64,000 nt of DNA, from assembly GCA_943355025.1 (NCBI GenBank), contig CALRDW010000002.1, forward strand, positions 7,252 through 71,251, read 5' to 3'. Shown in pieces: positions 1 through 8,404 of this stretch. A model generated the notes under the pieces. That model saw only the letters and a list, made by a program, of their open reading frames with translations. It was not told the DNA's origin and did no database searches. The position numbers and the translations under genes are program-made. The DNA is from Candidatus Magasanikiibacteriota bacterium. Lineage in GTDB: Bacteria > Patescibacteriota > Patescibacteriia > Magasanikbacterales > 2-02-FULL-50-9b. Numbering within the stretch: the stretch's first letter is position 1; the number at the start of each line of letters is the position of its first letter.

Positions 1-47
1 GGCTTGAAAATGAATTCCATGATGAATATCAGCGGCAGATAAATTTA

Positions 48-884
48 TTGGAGATGCGAGGGTTTTTGGAGACTCAGGGCGGAAGAAGGGGAATAGCGGA
101 CGAGCAGGGAAATTTTTATCCAGTGCCTTCGGTCGGCAGTGTCATCGGACGCATCAAAGAAAAAGCAGCGATAATTCAGGAAAAGCGTGCGCAAGGGTTT
201 GAGCGATTTTTACTCGTGCCGTTTGCGTGTAGTCCGAACAAATTCGTTGATGCATACAATGAATATGTAGAGGAACATCCAGATGATTTATTTCAGAGGA
301 ATGGCAAGCCTGTTTCATTGGGGCGAGGAACCGGTGATCCAGCAATGATGCAATCCACTATATTTGGATCGCCGGTCCGCGAGTCACATTATTTTCCAAC
401 GAATTATGATTTTGCGGAAGAGGGTGAACTGCCTACAAAAGAAGAGGTGCTTGCAAAAAAGCAGGGGTCATCAAACAGTTTGTCATTTCCTGGATTTCAG
501 ATGTTATTTCTAGAAAATGATTTAGAAATGGAAGAAAAGTACATGCCGGACATTCCGGACGGTGGCCGTTCTCGGATCAAAAAGGGTAAATCACCGGAAG
601 AATATATGCAACTGCTCGCCGGGTCTCAGCAGTATGCTCACGAGCGCGGACTGACGATTGAGGAATATTTAACGCTTGCGCTTAATGAGCTGGTTTATGG
701 GAGAAAAATCTTAGATGGTGATATAGGGGGTCATGCGTGCATGCTGTTGGGATCATTTTTTTTGAGCATTGATTGCGTTCCATATATTTCGAGCGATCGC
801 ACTGGCGTTGTTTTTATAGGCAGTAGAGTTTCGAATACGCTTATGAGCGAGGATGACGGAATTCGTACGGTGGTTCAACTCTAG
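48..884 (+). CDS. hypothetical protein; member of a two-copy paralog family (second copy 29790..30992)
   Basis: 278-aa ORF. Three collinear similarity blocks with the 29754..30992 product: FERFLLVPFACS~FTRLLIVPFGTS; KGKSPEEYMQLL..ERGLTIEEYLTLAL~AGKSPNDYLELL..ELGLTPEDWLTLFA; GSFFLSIDCVPY~GSYFPDSDDVP. No recognisable catalytic motif. In-frame stop at 18..20, so the start is at TTG 42 or ATG 48. Confidence 0.5.
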   Translation: MEMRGFLETQGGRRGIADEQGNFYPVPSVGSVIGRIKEKAAIIQEKRAQGFERFLLVPFACSPNKFVDAYNEYVEEHPDDLFQRNGKPVSLGRGTGDPAMMQSTIFGSPVRESHYFPTNYDFAEEGELPTKEEVLAKKQGSSNSLSFPGFQMLFLENDLEMEEKYMPDIPDGGRSRIKKGKSPEEYMQLLAGSQQYAHERGLTIEEYLTLALNELVYGRKILDGDIGGHACMLLGSFFLSIDCVPYISSDRTGVVFIGSRVSNTLMSEDDGIRTVVQL

Positions 885-921
885 CGCGTACGTTGACAAG
901 GACAATTTTGTGCGCTAGTCT

Positions 922-2421
922 TTGGGCTCACCACACACGGAGGTTTCGGTGACTGAGAACAGTAAAAAAACGAAGAAAGTTAGGCTGCGGGATTTTTTGC
1001 CATGGCAGGATCCCGATGTCTGTTTGCGGATTGTGCGCTCACCGCGGATGTTGGAGCGTGATGGGGCTGTGTTGCCGCTCGCGCTGCGACCTGTGCTCGA
1101 CCACCTGTATACGCATGTAAGTGCGATTCAACGCGCTCGTATCCCGCTTGAGGACGTTGGTGAGCATCGACGGCAACAAGTGCTCTCTGTGCTGAGCAAG
1201 GTCGCGGGTCGCCCGATTGTGGCGGAGGATTTGCAGGCGTCTATTGAGCAGATCATGGAAGTTGAGAACACTCTTGTGCGCGAATTCGTTTTGGGGCAAT
1301 TTGAGCATCAATACACGCCAGACGGGAAGTTGCATTTGTCAGATCCGCTCGGCCTTGCGCTCATCGCGTTTTATCCGGATTGGGAATTTCGTGGGGACAC
1401 GGTGCACCAGGTCAATCAGGATCAGCGCATCATGAGCATTCGTTCATATCGCGCGCTGTTTCGTTTGATTACCGGCGCATGGCTTCTCGGGCTGCAGCAG
1501 GAAGTTGAGCTCGCGAATACCCGGATCGAGATAATCACAAGTTATTTTGAAAGCGAATTGTTCGAAACACCTAACCACATCAACACCGACTGGGTGAGTG
1601 GCAAGAATCGCGAGATCCCTACAATGTATGTGCGAACAGATCCGGATCGCGGCTTTGCGTTTATGCAGCTCGTTTCCGCAGAGGAACTTCGACTCTTGCC
1701 AAAGGGCGCGGTTATCTCAAAAGTGTCTGCGATGTCGCGATTTGTGCCAGTTGCAAACGGAAATGCTGTTGCGTACATTCCGAATCTAAATTTATCGCGC
1801 CCAAAAGGCGTTGTACCTCAGATTCGCAAACATTTGTTGGGGCGCGCGATTAATGATGGCGTTGGTGTTCGCATTCTCGTGTTTTCACGCGCGGAGTATG
1901 AACGCTTGCAGCCAAAATTTAAGCGCGTTATCTACGACCATGGGATCGCGGAAACAGTTGATGGTGTGCTTCTTGCAAACGTGCGGCCCAATTTGACGAG
2001 TGTGGCGAGCGCGGGTGTTCATTGGCAGGGAAACGTCACAATTGGCAACGATACCGCCGAGGCGCAAATTGTTTCGTTTGAAACCGATTGGAATCGAACG
2101 AAATCGCTTCTTCCTGAAACCGAGGTGTGGTATAAATCGAAGCAATGGTTGTTGCAAGCGAAGGATGATCCGGACGTAATAAATCCATTGCCACCGCTCA
2201 TTCAACTCGTGTTTCCGCCAACGCTGCACCCCGAATGGACGCAGTGGGCCCATATCGTAGATGTGCTCTGTTATCGACTTGATCGCGCAGCGAGTAAACA
2301 TTTCCCCGGGCATTTTGTTGAACGTGGTGCGTGGATTAATCGTGTTCGCAGCGTTCTCATGCGCCGGCACCATGAATGGTCACTGGACGTTAAAGCGAAA
2401 GATTTGCTTCCTAAGAAGTAG
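922..2421 (+). CDS. hypothetical protein (499 aa) in GC-rich island 1
   Basis: Long uninterrupted ORF. Track start is TTG 922; a more likely start is GTG 949, which lies 5 nt after a GGAGG Shine-Dalgarno at 939..943. GC clearly above the window average. No motif I can assign. Confidence 0.5.
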   Translation: MGSPHTEVSVTENSKKTKKVRLRDFLPWQDPDVCLRIVRSPRMLERDGAVLPLALRPVLDHLYTHVSAIQRARIPLEDVGEHRRQQVLSVLSKVAGRPIVAEDLQASIEQIMEVENTLVREFVLGQFEHQYTPDGKLHLSDPLGLALIAFYPDWEFRGDTVHQVNQDQRIMSIRSYRALFRLITGAWLLGLQQEVELANTRIEIITSYFESELFETPNHINTDWVSGKNREIPTMYVRTDPDRGFAFMQLVSAEELRLLPKGAVISKVSAMSRFVPVANGNAVAYIPNLNLSRPKGVVPQIRKHLLGRAINDGVGVRILVFSRAEYERLQPKFKRVIYDHGIAETVDGVLLANVRPNLTSVASAGVHWQGNVTIGNDTAEAQIVSFETDWNRTKSLLPETEVWYKSKQWLLQAKDDPDVINPLPPLIQLVFPPTLHPEWTQWAHIVDVLCYRLDRAASKHFPGHFVERGAWINRVRSVLMRRHHEWSLDVKAKDLLPKK

Positions 2422-2427
2422 GAGGTG

Positions 2428-2458
2428 GCGCGTTTCTTAACCGAAGCGCGTTTTTTTA
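2428..2458 (+). terminator. rho-independent terminator after ORF 922..2421
   Basis: Stem cgcgtttc (2429..2436) / gaagcgcg (2443..2450): 8 bp including one G-U pair. Loop ttaacc. Followed by a T7 run at 2451..2457, directly after the stop codon. Confidence 0.5.
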
Positions 2459-2647
2459 TTTTCAACAGGATTCGGAGGTTTGCGAGCAATACAAAAACAG
2501 CGATTCAACAGAGGCCCAAAGAAAATAAAGTTGCCTCTCAGGGGGAGATGAACACGAGCCCCCGTCGAGACAACTTTATTTTCTTTGGGTATACGTTCAT
2601 TCGGGTGTTATACTGCTCCCATGCTTCCTAATCCTTTTGAAAAACTA
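2451..2647 (+). repeat. copy 1 of a ~195-bp direct repeat containing a nested covarying hairpin, an extended -10 box and an MLPNPF start codon
   Basis: Aligns base-for-base at ~80% identity with 29622..29818. Outer palindrome arms are cccaaagaaaataaagttg (2515..2533) and caactttattttctttggg (2571..2589). Inner stem is ggggg (2541..2545) / ccccc (2559..2563) around the loop agatgaacacgag. Downstream lie TGTTATACT (2606..2614) and an ATG at 2621 that opens a truncated MLPNPFEKLL... ORF ending at 2744..2746. Confidence 0.7.
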
Positions 2648-2650
2648 TTG

Positions 2651-2681
2651 CCGCAGAGCATATTGCGGCATTTTTGTTTTT
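2651..2681 (+). terminator. terminator-like hairpin plus T-run inside the repeat-derived short ORF, upstream of the epimerase gene
   Basis: Stem ccgca (2651..2655) / tgcgg (2664..2668) with loop gagcatat, followed by catttttgttttt. Only a 5-bp stem, so a weak intrinsic terminator or attenuator. Confidence 0.35.
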
Positions 2682-2705
2682 GTATTACACTCCAATCAAC
2701 GAATT

Positions 2706-3641
2706 ATGTCAGAGACTGCACCAAAAACGATACTCCTTACCGGGAGTAGTGGAACCATAGGAACTCGGCTCGCAGAGCGCTTAATTGAGCGTGGATTCGA
2801 TTGTATCGCCGCCGATATCGTGCCGAATAGATGGAGTCGAATTGTAAATAAAAAAACAATTCACGTTGATCTGCGTGATGCGCGGGCGACGTTGAAAAAA
2901 TTACCGCGGGCTGTTGATTTGATCATGCACCTCGCCTCACATGCTCGTGTTTATAATTTGATACAAGAGCCGCGCTTGGCATTTGAAAATGTTCAAACCA
3001 CGGGGAATATTTTGGAGTATGCGCGCGAGCGCTCAATTTCACGGCTTATGTTTGCGTCATCGCGAGAGGTGTACGGAACGTTGGACAAAAAACAGACGCA
3101 CCACGGGGAAACAGATGTGAATATAGAACGCTGTGAAAATCCGTATGCTGCATCGAAAATTGCAGGCGAGGCGTTTATGCATGCGTATAAGCGGTGCTTT
3201 GGACTACGACCCGTGCTGTTTCGTTTCTCAAATGTTTATGGGAGATATGACATTAGCGACCGCATCATTCCCACATTTATTAAACTCATGCGCAGGAATA
3301 AAGACGTTACGATTTTTGGACGCAATAAACAGATGGATTTTACGTATATTGACGACGTAGTTGACGGAGTTATCGATTCACTTTCACACTTTTCTGTGAT
3401 TGAAGGTAAAAGTATTAATCTTGCAACGGGATCGGGAACCTCACTTCATGAACTTGCGGGCCTCATTCGGCGGGAGACTAACGCAACCTCAAAAATTATT
3501 ATGAAGCCGCATCGTATTGGCGAGGTAATTGCACACGTCGCTGATATCAGCGCAGCAAAGAAATTACTTCGGTTTAAATCAAAAACCTCGATTGAAGATG
3601 GTATTAAAAAAACAGTAGCCTGGTATTTAGAAAATACGTAA
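2706..3641 (+). CDS. NAD-dependent epimerase/dehydratase (extended SDR family, UDP-glucose 4-epimerase-like)
   Basis: N-terminal Rossmann motif ILLTGSSGTIGTRLAERLIERG. Catalytic YxxxK as YAASK. The track ORF starts at 2637 inside the repeat element. ATG 2706 (MSETAPK) gives a standard-length N-terminus. Confidence 0.8.
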   Translation: MSETAPKTILLTGSSGTIGTRLAERLIERGFDCIAADIVPNRWSRIVNKKTIHVDLRDARATLKKLPRAVDLIMHLASHARVYNLIQEPRLAFENVQTTGNILEYARERSISRLMFASSREVYGTLDKKQTHHGETDVNIERCENPYAASKIAGEAFMHAYKRCFGLRPVLFRFSNVYGRYDISDRIIPTFIKLMRRNKDVTIFGRNKQMDFTYIDDVVDGVIDSLSHFSVIEGKSINLATGSGTSLHELAGLIRRETNATSKIIMKPHRIGEVIAHVADISAAKKLLRFKSKTSIEDGIKKTVAWYLENT

Positions 3642-3645
3642 TTGT

Positions 3646-4569
3646 ATGACAAAAGTATCCATAGTAATTCCCGTTTATAATGAAGAGGCGTGTATTGTTG
3701 AAACACACAAACGCTTGGTTGCTTCTTGTGGTAACGATCCGAGCGCTGTTGAGTTAATATACGTAAACGATGGAAGTAGAGACCGAACGCAAAAAATATT
3801 GAGAGATATTGCGCAAACAAATCCTTGCGTAAAAGTCATTTCTTTTTCTCGAAATTTTGGACATCAAACCGCTGTATCTGCAGGGATTTCATATGCAACT
3901 GGCGCGGCTGTTGTTGTAATTGATGGCGATCTGCAAGATCCACCAGAGATTATTGAAAAACTTGTTGCGAAATGGCGAGAAGGATTTGATGTTGTGTATG
4001 CTGTTCGTGAATCACGAAAGGAAAATATCGTGCTTCGGTTTATGTATTCGCTATTTTACCGCATCATGGCGAGGCTCTCATACGTTGCCATTCCTCTCGA
4101 CAGCGGTGATTTTGCACTCATGGACCGCAAGGTTGTTGATGTTCTTAAAAAAATGCCAGAGCACAATCGGTTTGTGCGCGGTCTCCGTTCGTGGATTGGA
4201 TTTAAACAGATCGGTGTTGCGTATGCGCGCGACGCACGAGTGCTTGGTGAATCAAAATATTCAATAATGAAATTATTTAAGCTCGCATATGATGGAATTA
4301 TTTCATTCTCCTTCGTACCGCTCAAAATGGTTTCTGTCGCGGGGTTTGTAATCTCGTCTGTTGCTTTTCTGTCGATTTTTATCGTTTTATTTTTTCGGAT
4401 ATTTACCGAGTATTCAATTCCTGGTTTTGCATCGACCGCAACAATCGTTTTGTTTTTAGGCGGTGTTCAATTACTGTCGCTTGGTATGATCGGCGAGTAT
4501 GTATCACGAATTTTCGATGAGGTAAAAGGGCGGCCGCTCTTTGTTGTCGACGAGCTCATTAATTTTTAG
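3646..4569 (+). CDS. family 2 glycosyltransferase, polyprenyl-phosphate sugar synthase type (DPM1/ArnC/GtrB-like)
   Basis: IVIPVYNEE start. DGSRD and the DxD-containing VVIDGDLQDP motif. C-terminal pair of TM helices typical of Und-P/Dol-P glycosyltransferases. Confidence 0.85.
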   Translation: MTKVSIVIPVYNEEACIVETHKRLVASCGNDPSAVELIYVNDGSRDRTQKILRDIAQTNPCVKVISFSRNFGHQTAVSAGISYATGAAVVVIDGDLQDPPEIIEKLVAKWREGFDVVYAVRESRKENIVLRFMYSLFYRIMARLSYVAIPLDSGDFALMDRKVVDVLKKMPEHNRFVRGLRSWIGFKQIGVAYARDARVLGESKYSIMKLFKLAYDGIISFSFVPLKMVSVAGFVISSVAFLSIFIVLFFRIFTEYSIPGFASTATIVLFLGGVQLLSLGMIGEYVSRIFDEVKGRPLFVVDELINF

Positions 4570-4576
4570 CAGCACT

Positions 4577-5329
4577 ATGGAGGACACATACGTTGCTCAA
4601 TATTTAGAGGCTGAAAAAAAACATTGGTGGTGGATTGCGCGAAGAAAAATTATTGAACGCCTCGTTTTAAAGGTTTTAAAGATTAAACAGGAATCAGCGT
4701 TTCGCAGAGCGCTTGAGATCGGTTGTTTCAGCGGCATGAATGTTCAGGCATTGTTGCCTCTTGCTCGTCAGTGGGTTGGAATTGAGCCATCACGTGTCGC
4801 GATTAGTCAGGCGCGTTCCAACGCACCAGAGTTAGAAGTGCATGAAGGTCTGTTTCCAGATGTGCATCCGTCAGGGTCGTTTGATGCTGTTTTTATGCTT
4901 GATGTTCTTGAACACACAGAAGACGCGAGTGTAACCCTTAAAAATGTTTTTTCATGTGTGGAGCCAGGCGGCTATTTTTTCGTTACAGTTCCAGCGTATA
5001 TGTGGTTATGGTCACAGTTTGATATCATTAATCAGCACTATCGACGCTATACACGCCGCCAGTTGGTTAAAGAATTGACGGCCGCGGGTTTCGTGATTGA
5101 GTACGCAGGGTATTTTAATTCATTGCTCTTTGTGCCGGCCGCTGCTCAGCGTCTCTTGAAAAAGAGAGGAGCTTCAAATGTCTCGAACATAGATACAGGT
5201 GCAAAAATTCCGTCGAGCCCCATTAATCTTTTTCTAGGCTTTATTTTTACGCTTGAAAAATATATATTACCGTATGTCAAATTTCCTTTCGGGTTATCCG
5301 TCATTGCAATCGCTCGGCGCCCGCGTTAA
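4577..5329 (+). CDS. class I SAM-dependent methyltransferase
   Basis: Motif I LEIGCFSGMN. The acidic post-I/II motif is LDVLEH. Start moved from the overlapping 4541 to ATG 4577. Confidence 0.7.
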   Translation: MEDTYVAQYLEAEKKHWWWIARRKIIERLVLKVLKIKQESAFRRALEIGCFSGMNVQALLPLARQWVGIEPSRVAISQARSNAPELEVHEGLFPDVHPSGSFDAVFMLDVLEHTEDASVTLKNVFSCVEPGGYFFVTVPAYMWLWSQFDIINQHYRRYTRRQLVKELTAAGFVIEYAGYFNSLLFVPAAAQRLLKKRGASNVSNIDTGAKIPSSPINLFLGFIFTLEKYILPYVKFPFGLSVIAIARRPR

Positions 5330-7028
5330 AAAAAATATTTTAACTAAGACATTGGTTGAGCCAGTTATTTTTTTTCTGCTGTTTATTTATTTTGTTTTTA
5401 CACGCGCCCTTGGGTTTCATCAGACATATCATCAAGATGAATATAAATGGGCGATGATTGTTGACCCTGTAAATGGTTTGCGTGGAACGGTTCCGCATCC
5501 ACCGCTCGCTGAAAATCTTTATCACATTGCCGGCAGGTATTTTGGGTACAATCATTTAAGAATTGTTCCCATTATTGTGAGCCTTCTGCTCGGGGTTCTT
5601 ATAATTTATTTTGTACGCAAACAATACGGAAGACGAGCTGCCATTATTGCAGCTGGTATTTTTACGATAACAATTTATTCCGTTATAGCTTCCATACAAA
5701 TTGATATTGATGGTGCTCTTCTGCCATTTTTTGTTTGTGCGGCGATTGGGAGTTATGAACAAATTCGTCTTACTGCGTCAGCGGGTGCACAAAAAAAATG
5801 GGCCGCCTTATTCTTGGTTGCATGTATTGGCGGTTTTTTTACTAAACTCAGTTTCGTTCTTGTTCCTGTTGCAATACTGTGCGACGTCGCGCCGAGTCTG
5901 CTCGGTTCACTATCATTATATAAAAAACGCGCAGCTACTTTTCTGTGGGCAGCCGCATGCTGTGTGGTATTGGGAGGTATAGTTGTTGTGTTGGTTCTTA
6001 TTCGTCATGCAATATTTATTGAGTATGTAAAAAACTTTGTTGCATTTTCACATAGAGATTTTCAGCAAGAAGCGATTCAAATTATCAAAGCATTAATTTT
6101 TTCTTCGCCCCTCATCATTGGCGGGGTTATTTTGGGAGTGCGCCATTTCCGACAGCTTCGCATTTGGTACTATTTGATCGGAGCTAGTTTTTTATTCTAT
6201 TTAGTTATTTTCGATTTTACACATCGAACGCTTGATCGGTATTTGATGTTTATTATTTTGCCTGGATCAGTTATCGCAGGTGTCGCTCTCGCACATGAAA
6301 TCAAATCGATGCGAATTGTAGGATCGGAAGCACGCAAGTTTTTGCTGTTTCTAGGATCTTCAATCGTTGTGTTTGGTACCCTCATGCATTATTTATTGCG
6401 TGGGACATATGAAATATTACCATTCATTCCGAAATCAGTATTTTTCGAGCATGTTAAGAATTTAAATTTTTCTTTTCTTGTTCCACTTACGGGCGGATCG
6501 GGTCCAGCTGGATTTTATTTGTCTGCGCGCGCTCTAATTATTTTTTGGTGTCTAGGATTGCTGTCGGTCGCTGTTATATTATTGAAGCTTCATGCGCGAA
6601 CGATTGCTCTCGCTATATTTATATCAGCAGGCCTCATTTATAATGTGTATGGTGATCTTGAATTATTAACTGGTGCCTATTTTGGCTCGATGTCAAAAGT
6701 GATTGAACAAACGACGGACTATGTTGTAAATGCAGGGGATATACCAGGAGTCATCACGTTCAACGATACCGGCACATGGCAGCTTGAACAAGCGCACAAA
6801 TATATTCGACGATTTTATATACACCCGATGTTTGCTGTGGGGAATACAAATTTTTTCAGAGCATTCCACGGCTACTTTATGATCGTTGATTTTCCACCAA
6901 TCGGCACGAGTGGTCCGTATGCGGAGTATTTTAGTGGGTGCGCTGTTGTGTATCATGTGCAAGATAAATTGATCTCAGGCAGCGTATATGATTGCAGGAA
7001 GGCGCCATTTACCGTAAAGTTTCAGTGA
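5253..7028 (+). CDS. polytopic membrane protein, putative GT-C fold glycosyltransferase (ArnT/PMT-like)
   Basis: >=12 predicted TM helices. Conserved DE dipeptide (HQDEYKW) in the first extracytoplasmic loop after TM1, as in GT39/GT83 enzymes. Sits immediately downstream of the polyprenyl-P sugar synthase. Alternative start at ATG 5274. Confidence 0.5.
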   Translation: MKNIYYRMSNFLSGYPSLQSLGARVKKNILTKTLVEPVIFFLLFIYFVFTRALGFHQTYHQDEYKWAMIVDPVNGLRGTVPHPPLAENLYHIAGRYFGYNHLRIVPIIVSLLLGVLIIYFVRKQYGRRAAIIAAGIFTITIYSVIASIQIDIDGALLPFFVCAAIGSYEQIRLTASAGAQKKWAALFLVACIGGFFTKLSFVLVPVAILCDVAPSLLGSLSLYKKRAATFLWAAACCVVLGGIVVVLVLIRHAIFIEYVKNFVAFSHRDFQQEAIQIIKALIFSSPLIIGGVILGVRHFRQLRIWYYLIGASFLFYLVIFDFTHRTLDRYLMFIILPGSVIAGVALAHEIKSMRIVGSEARKFLLFLGSSIVVFGTLMHYLLRGTYEILPFIPKSVFFEHVKNLNFSFLVPLTGGSGPAGFYLSARALIIFWCLGLLSVAVILLKLHARTIALAIFISAGLIYNVYGDLELLTGAYFGSMSKVIEQTTDYVVNAGDIPGVITFNDTGTWQLEQAHKYIRRFYIHPMFAVGNTNFFRAFHGYFMIVDFPPIGTSGPYAEYFSGCAVVYHVQDKLISGSVYDCRKAPFTVKFQ

Positions 7029-7029
7029 T

Positions 7030-8061
7030 ATGCGACTCCTGCTTATAACACAAACAATTGACGAAGATGATGGCGTGCTCGGATTTATGCACGGTTGGAT
7101 CAGTACCTTTGTCAGTACCTACGATTCAATTGTGGCCGTGTGTTTGCAGCAAGGGACGATACACCTACCGAAAAACGTACAGGTAGTGTCGCTCGGAAAA
7201 GAGTCTCATGCATCTCGCATTTCAATGCTTGTGCGTTTTTTTCGTGCCGTGTGGTTAACCCGCAATAAATGCGATGCTGTTTTTGTTCACATGAATGTCG
7301 AGTATGTTTTACTTGCTGGGTGGTTTTGGAAGCTTCGCGGTAAAAAGGTTTCGCTTTGGTATAACCACAAACAAGGTGGGTTAAAGTTGTGGCTCGCGCG
7401 CCCTTTTTTGGACACAATTTTTTATACTTCATCGCAGGCATATACTGTGCGGTTTTCAAATGCGGTTCGCATGCCTGTTGGAATTGATACGCGAGTATTT
7501 AAATGTTGTACCAAACTTCAGGCACAAAAAAAATCTATCGTGTACATTGGACGAATCGCACCAGTTAAACATTTAGAAATTTTTATCAACGCTGTTAAGG
7601 AATTGGTAAATCGCGGTGCTGCAATTAGTGCGCATATTTATGGAGATGCGCTCGAGCGGGATAAAAAATATTATGAGGAGCTTCGTCAAAGCAGTGTTGA
7701 GCTTGAGTCTCGCGGTGCTATTACTTTTCACTCGCAAGTTCCTAATATTAAAAGTCCTGCTGTGTATAATTCGCATGATATTGTTGTGAACATGACTCCA
7801 GATGGCTCTTTTGATAAAGTTATCATTGAAGGAATGGCATGCGAGCGATTAGTTTTGGTTTCAAATACCGTGCTCAAAGATGTGTTGCCCGCGGAGTGTA
7901 TTTTTTTGCAGAATGACGCGAATGATATGGCGAATAAATTACAGAAGCTGCTTGAGCTTCCTTCGGAGCAGGCAGCTGTGCTTGGCGCGGAGTTTCGGTC
8001 TTATGTAGTTGAACACGAAAGCCTAGATGCATTGATTAAAAAAATTCATCGGTATATTTGA
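7030..8061 (+). CDS. glycosyltransferase family 4 (GT-B fold)
   Basis: C-terminal GT1/GT4 domain signature: GRIAPVKHLEIFINAV....EGMACERLVL. Confidence 0.75.
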   Translation: MRLLLITQTIDEDDGVLGFMHGWISTFVSTYDSIVAVCLQQGTIHLPKNVQVVSLGKESHASRISMLVRFFRAVWLTRNKCDAVFVHMNVEYVLLAGWFWKLRGKKVSLWYNHKQGGLKLWLARPFLDTIFYTSSQAYTVRFSNAVRMPVGIDTRVFKCCTKLQAQKKSIVYIGRIAPVKHLEIFINAVKELVNRGAAISAHIYGDALERDKKYYEELRQSSVELESRGAITFHSQVPNIKSPAVYNSHDIVVNMTPDGSFDKVIIEGMACERLVLVSNTVLKDVLPAECIFLQNDANDMANKLQKLLELPSEQAAVLGAEFRSYVVEHESLDALIKKIHRYI

Positions 8062-8087
8062 GTGCTTTGAGAAAAGTAGTCTATAAA

Positions 8088-8118
8088 AAAGCCGAGCCCC
8101 CATGAGCTCGGATTTTTT
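8088..8118. terminator. bidirectional rho-independent terminator between the 7030..8061 gene (+) and rpmB (-)
   Basis: ccgagc (8092..8097) / gctcgg (8106..8111) stem. A-run upstream and a T6 run (8113..8118) downstream. Confidence 0.6.
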
Positions 8119-8138
8119 AACCGCTGTATTTTTATGAA

Positions 8139-8324
8139 TTACGTGGTGCTTTTTGCAAGCTTTGTCATTGTTTTTGTACAGCGTGTGCATACGAGGATTC
8201 GCTGACCAAACATTCGGCGGGGCTGAACATTAATGCCAACCCAGCGTTTTGATTGGACGTTTGAGTGACTGCGTGTCGCTCCTCGAGTTGGAGCACGTAA
8301 GCAGAGTTTACAGATTTGTGCCAT
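8139..8324 (-). CDS. rpmB: 50S ribosomal protein L28
   Basis: 61 aa, MAQICKLCLRAPTRGATRSHSNVQSKRWVGINVQPRR. Matches the L28 signature (C..CGK.P..G...SHS...TKRRF.PNLQ..R) followed by VCTRCTK. Confidence 0.8.
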   Translation of the reverse strand: MAQICKLCLRAPTRGATRSHSNVQSKRWVGINVQPRRMFGQRILVCTRCTKTMTKLAKSTT

Positions 8325-8404
8325 ACTGTTACAGTTAACAAACTAGAGTTTGAAGTGCCAGCACTGTATCAAATTAGTCTTTTTTTTGCAAGGAGCCCCT
8401 ATAT

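Noticed and set aside
5340-5762. Short minus-strand ORFs (5340..5555, 5556..5762) inside the GT-C-like membrane protein gene
   Set aside because: AT-rich antisense frames within a long, hydropathy-consistent membrane protein ORF.
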